Below are positions 59,797 through 64,000 of a DNA stretch of 64,000 nucleotides, one piece after another. The stretch's first letter is position 1. Each line of letters starts with the position of its first letter. A program made the translations under genes and the position numbers. The notes beneath the pieces are model-generated. The model saw only the letters and a list, made by a program, of their open reading frames with translations, did not search any database and was not told the DNA's origin. Origin of the DNA: Chiloscyllium plagiosum (lineage: Eukaryota); contig NC_057749.1 in assembly GCF_004010195.1 (NCBI RefSeq), positions 7,275,416-7,339,415 of the forward strand. The letters run 5' to 3'.

Positions 59797-61277
59797 ACAA
59801 TATGGGAAAGTGTGAGGTTATGCATTTTTGGTGAGAAGAATAGAGGCATGTACTATTTTCCAACAGGAAAAGTTTCGGAATTCTGAAGCACAACGGGACT
59901 TGGGAGTCCTGGTTCAAGATTCTCTAAAGGTTAACATGCAGGTTCAGTTGGTGGTTAGGAAGGCAAATACAGTGTTAGCATTCATTTCAAAAGGGCTGCA
60001 ATACAAGAGCAGGGATCTTCTGCTGAGGCTGTAGAAGGCTCTGGTCAGACCCCATTTGGAATATTGCGAACAGTTTTGGGCTCTGAACTAAGGAAGGCAC
60101 TGGAGGGATTCTAGAGGCTGATAGTATGGTCCTAGGGGTCAAGAATGTGGGGGGATCTCATTGAAATTTACAGAATACTGGAAATAGCACTCGTGGAGAA
60201 GATGTTTCCACTAGTAGAAGAGACTAGGACCCGAGGGCACTGCCTCAGAGTAAAGGGACAACCCTTTCGAACTGAAATGAGTTGGTGTTCCTTCAGCTAG
60301 AGGGTGGTGAATCTGTGGAACTCAATGCCAAGGTTGGGGCTAAGTTATTGACCGTTTTTAAGATAGAGATCGAAAGGTTCCAGATAGGTAAGGGGATCAA
60401 GCATTCATGGGGAGAAGGCAGGAGAATGGGGTTGAGAAACAGATCAGCAGTGATCGAATAACAGAGCAGATTTGATTGGCTGAATGACTGAATTCTGCTT
60501 CTATATCTTATGGTCTTATGGAAAACGTACAAATGAGGCTAAATTTGAGTGAAAGCTGAAAACTTTTGTGTAGGCTTAATTGTCTGGTATCAGGTATGGA
60601 ATGTTTTTGTATGCTAGTGTTTTCCCCTATTCCTTAAATAGTGGAAATTTAACACATGGGATCCAAATATTTAAATTGGTTATGGTTAAATTGGAGGGGA
60701 ATGCGCTTACTCATGTCCTGCAGCAGTTCAAAGGTTAAGTCATATACATGGCTGGTCGAGAACTATAGACTCCACGGTTTGTGTGCATGCATTTGAGCTG
60801 CAGCCTGTAAGATTGTGTGTTGGGGATTATAATGAATGAATGAATTTGCTTCTCGAGTTGTACAAATCATTTTGGCTTGACCTTCAGAGCAGCACCGCAG
60901 GGGTGCTGATTAACATGAAAAGCCAGAAACACGATCAAATCACAATACAATCATGCCTTATCAATACTATCACACAACTGAAGCAGAGATAGGCCTGCAT
61001 CACCATGACAACCACTCTTAATAAACATGACCAAAGGCCTGTGTTACACTGAATGCACAGAACATTACTACCACTGCCCAGAGAAAAACTCTATTATCCC
61101 TGTGAAAATGCCACTTTAAAACCTTTCGTCTGCGTGCTAATAGGACATTCAGACTTTAGTTTAATGTTAATCATGTAACTACGTTCCAAGCCAGAGATAT
61201 GTCTGGTGAATATACCATTTTTGCAATGTTACAGCTCAGCACATGGTTAGAAAGTCACTGATTCAAATGATAAAATT

Positions 61278-61812
61278 TACTCAGATGTTGCCGAGGATAG
61301 ATGGTTTGAGTTATAAAGACAGGCCGAAAAGGCTGGGACGTTTTTCCACTGGAGCATAGGAGGTTGAGGGGTGACTTTATTGAGGTTTATAAAATCATGA
61401 GGCATTGAGATAGGATTACTGACAGGTGTCTTTTCCCTAGGATGGGTTCGAGATTAGCAGGTACATGTTTAAGGTAACAGGAGAGAGATTTAAAAAAGAC
61501 ATGAGGGGCATAGTCTTTACACAGAGGGTGGTTCACGTGTGGAATGAACTTCTTAAGGAAGGCGTGGATGTAGGTACAATTACAACCTTTGAAAGACATT
61601 TGGATGAGCACATGTATAGGAAAGGTTTTATGGGATGAGTTTAGATCAGAGTGGTGCTGGAAAAGCACAGCAGGTCAGGCATCATCTGAGGAGCAGGAAA
61701 ATCAATATTTCAGGCAAAAGCCCTTCATCAGGAATAGAGGATATGGGATGAGTTTAGTTTGGAATTATCGTTGGCATGGATTGGTTGGACCAGAGAGTTT
61801 CTGTGCTGTATA
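61278..61812 (+). mobile_element. HER1/CR1 3' fragment
   Basis: gaggttgaggggtgactttattgaggtttataaaatcatgag...gtggaatgaact. Confidence 0.88.
61645..61741 (-). mobile_element. Short P1 PLE insertion in CR1 tail
   Basis: Perfect 16-bp TSD tatgggatgagtttag at 61629-61644 and 61742-61757. Confidence 0.88.
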
Positions 61813-61979
61813 GCTTTCTGACAAGGAGTCACTGCGATATTCATACATAATCCCTCAACTATCACTTTTCACATTTGACCCAACCCTGATAAGAATAACT
61901 CAGATGTATGCAGCATCATAATTGGGTGCCATCTTGTGGATATTAGAGTCTCGCTTTCTCAAGTGGACAGCAAAGGTCT

Positions 61980-62182
61980 TCATGTCCTGGCCAATATTTA
62001 TCCCTCAACACACATCCCTTAAAAGGAATGATCTGGTTGTTATCACATTATTTGTGGAAATCTGCTACGTGCAAATTGGTCATCACACATCCAACATAAC
62101 AACAAGTGGCCATACTTGAAAAGTATTGGTTTGATATAAAGCTTTGGGACATCATGAGGTGTTTAGAATTATATAAACAGAT
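61980..62182 (+). mobile_element. Deu-domain SINE 3' part
   Basis: tgtcctggccaatatttatccctcaac...gatctggttgttatcacatt...gtgcaaattgg. Confidence 0.75.
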
Positions 62183-62394
62183 TGGAAAATTTCAGCCTGT
62201 TCTGCTGAAGAAGAAAGGAAGTTTGCTTAAAGGTCTTAAGTTGTCTAGACAGGTTACATCAAGGAAAATAGATCCCATGAGGAGAAGGATCAAGAGTGAG
62301 AGAGTACATTTTTAAGGTGATTGGCAGAAAGAAGCAATCATGATATTAGGAGAATTTCTTTTCATGCAGCAAGTGGAAAGGATTTGGATTGTGT

Positions 62395-62715
62395 TTTTTT
62401 ATTCATTCATGGGATGAGGGCACCACTAACCAGGCCAGCATTTATTGTCCATCTCTAATTGCCCAGAGGGCAGTTAGAGTCAACCACATTGCTGTGGTCT
62501 GGAGTCACATGTAGGCCAGACCAGGTAAGGATGGCAGTTTCCTTTCCTAAAGGACATTAGTGAACCAGATGGGTTTTTCCCAACAATCAATTAATGGTCA
62601 TCATTTGATTCTTAATTCCAGATATTTATTGAATTCAAATTCCGCCATCTGTCAGGTTCCTAGAACATTAGCTGGGTCTCTGGATTAATAGTTGAGCAAT
62701 AACACCACGAGGCCA
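62395..62715 (-). mobile_element. SINE family B (well preserved)
   Basis: ttttattcattcatgggatg...ggccagcatttattg...ggacattagtgaaccagatggg. Confidence 0.85.
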
Positions 62716-62726
62716 TTCATAGATTT

Positions 62727-62925
62727 ACAGAATCCCTACACTGTGGAAACAGGCCAATTGGCTCAACAAGTCCACACCAACTCTTGAAATAGTATCCCAC
62801 CCAGACCCCTTCCCCTACCCTATTACTTTACATTTCCCCAGACTAATGCACCTAACCTACACATCCCTGAACACTATAGACAGTTTAGCATGGCTAATTC
62901 ACCTAACCTGCACATCTTTGAGCTG
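62727..62925 (-). mobile_element. HE1 SINE 3' part, cut by the following PLE
   Basis: agaatccctacactgtggaaacagg ... cctgcacatctttg. Confidence 0.85.
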
Positions 62926-64000
62926 TGGAGAAAGGTAGGACTGCAGATGCTGGAGGTCAGAGTCAAGAGTGTGGTGCTGGAAAGACACAGGTCAGGCAGC
63001 ATCCGAAGAGCTGGAGAATCGATGTTTTAGGCATCGGCCCTTCATCAGGAATGAGGCTTGTGGGCCGGGGCGCTCAGAGATAAATGTGAGGGGGATGGGG
63101 CTGGGAGGAAGGTAGCTGAGAATGCGATAGATGAATGAAGGTGGGGGAGAAGGTGATAGGTCGGAGAGGAGGGTGGAGCGGATAGATGAGAAAGATGATG
63201 GACAGGTCAAGAGGGCATTGCCAAGTTGGAAGCTTGGGACTGGGATAATGTGGGGGGAGGGGAAATTAGGAAACTGGTGAAATCCATATTAATCCTGTGT
63301 GTTGCAAAGTCCCAAGGCGGAAGATGAGGCATTCTTCCTCCAGGCGTCGGGTGTTTAAGGGTTTGGCGATGGAGGAGGCCCAGAACCTGCATGTCCTCGG
63401 CGGAGCGGGAGGGGGAGTTGAAGTATTCAGCCACGGGGCGATGGGTGCAGGTGTCTCTGAGATGTTCTCTGAAATGATCCGTAAGTAGGCGTCTTGTCTC
63501 CCTGATGTACAGGAGACCAGATCGGGCGCAACAAATGCAATAGTTGACATTTGTGGAAGTCCAGATACATTTCTGTCAGATATGTATCTGGACATATGTA
63601 TTTGGGGCCTTGGTTGGAGATGAGGAGGGAGGTGTGGGCCCAGGTTTTGCACTTCTGCAGTGGCAGGGAAAGGTGCCAAGAGTGGGGGATGGGCTGGTGG
63701 GGGGCGTGGATCTGACAAGATAGTTGCAGAGGAATTGTCTCTCTGGAATGCTGATAGGGGTGGGGAGGGAAATATGTCCCTGGTGGTGGGGTCTGTTTGT
63801 AGGTGGCAGAGGATGATGTGATGTTTACTGAGGTTAGTGGGCTGGAAGATGAAAACCAGTCCTTGTTGCATTGGGCAGGGTGGGGTTCAAGGGGAAGTGG
63901 AGGACATTGCTGGAGATGTGCTGGAGGGTATCATCGACCACATGGGGGGGAAATTGCGATCTTTGAGGAAGGAGGCCATCTGAGATTTTCCAAGATGAAT
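62926..64000 (-). mobile_element. Neptune-type Penelope-like element (source of family P1), decayed; continues past window end
   Basis: Minus strand GTFPCHC..KCKT Zn-knuckle remnant, VNYCICCARSGLLYI (GIY-YIG with CxxC), RRLEEECLIFRLGTLQ; 3' terminus 62926-63055 matches the short P1 insertions. Confidence 0.88.

Larger units (their letters stand above)
59318..60522 (+). mobile_element. CR1 LINE fragment hosting a PLE
   Basis: WAKKWQMEYNMG / KCEVMHF is continuous once the insert is removed; then RDLGVLVQDSLK...LVRPHLEYC.QFW. Confidence 0.9.

Noticed and set aside
63266..63871. 201-aa ORF as an intact GIY-YIG nuclease
   Set aside because: Recognisable motifs are spread over different frames and the YIG motif is mutated; it is a decayed PLE.

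Overview
Eukaryotic, repeat-dense, non-coding (intergenic or intronic) DNA. It is almost certainly from a shark, because it carries HE1-type SINEs with their HER1/CR1 partner LINE and Deu-domain SINEs. I recognise no host protein-coding gene: the ORF-track entries are decayed retrotransposon fragments, a triplet-periodic minisatellite, or chance ORFs. Much of the window is a nested mosaic of CR1, L2 and Rex1/Babar LINE fragments, several tRNA-headed SINE families, probable solo LTRs and many Penelope-like element (PLE) pieces. The strongest signal is at least five sequence-distinct PLE-associated families that each carry a minimal type I hammerhead ribozyme core. Their stems covary between families, and they often occur as short fold-back insertions with 8-16 bp target-site duplications (TSDs). 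Other notable items: a VNTR-containing retroposon with a Rex1-like tail, an ~850 bp inverted duplication that includes two SINE heads, a duplicated tRNA-Thr pseudogene cassette, and 5'-inverted CR1 insertions. Boundaries of old repeats are read by eye and are approximate (tens of bp). Family names come from motif recognition, not database searches.
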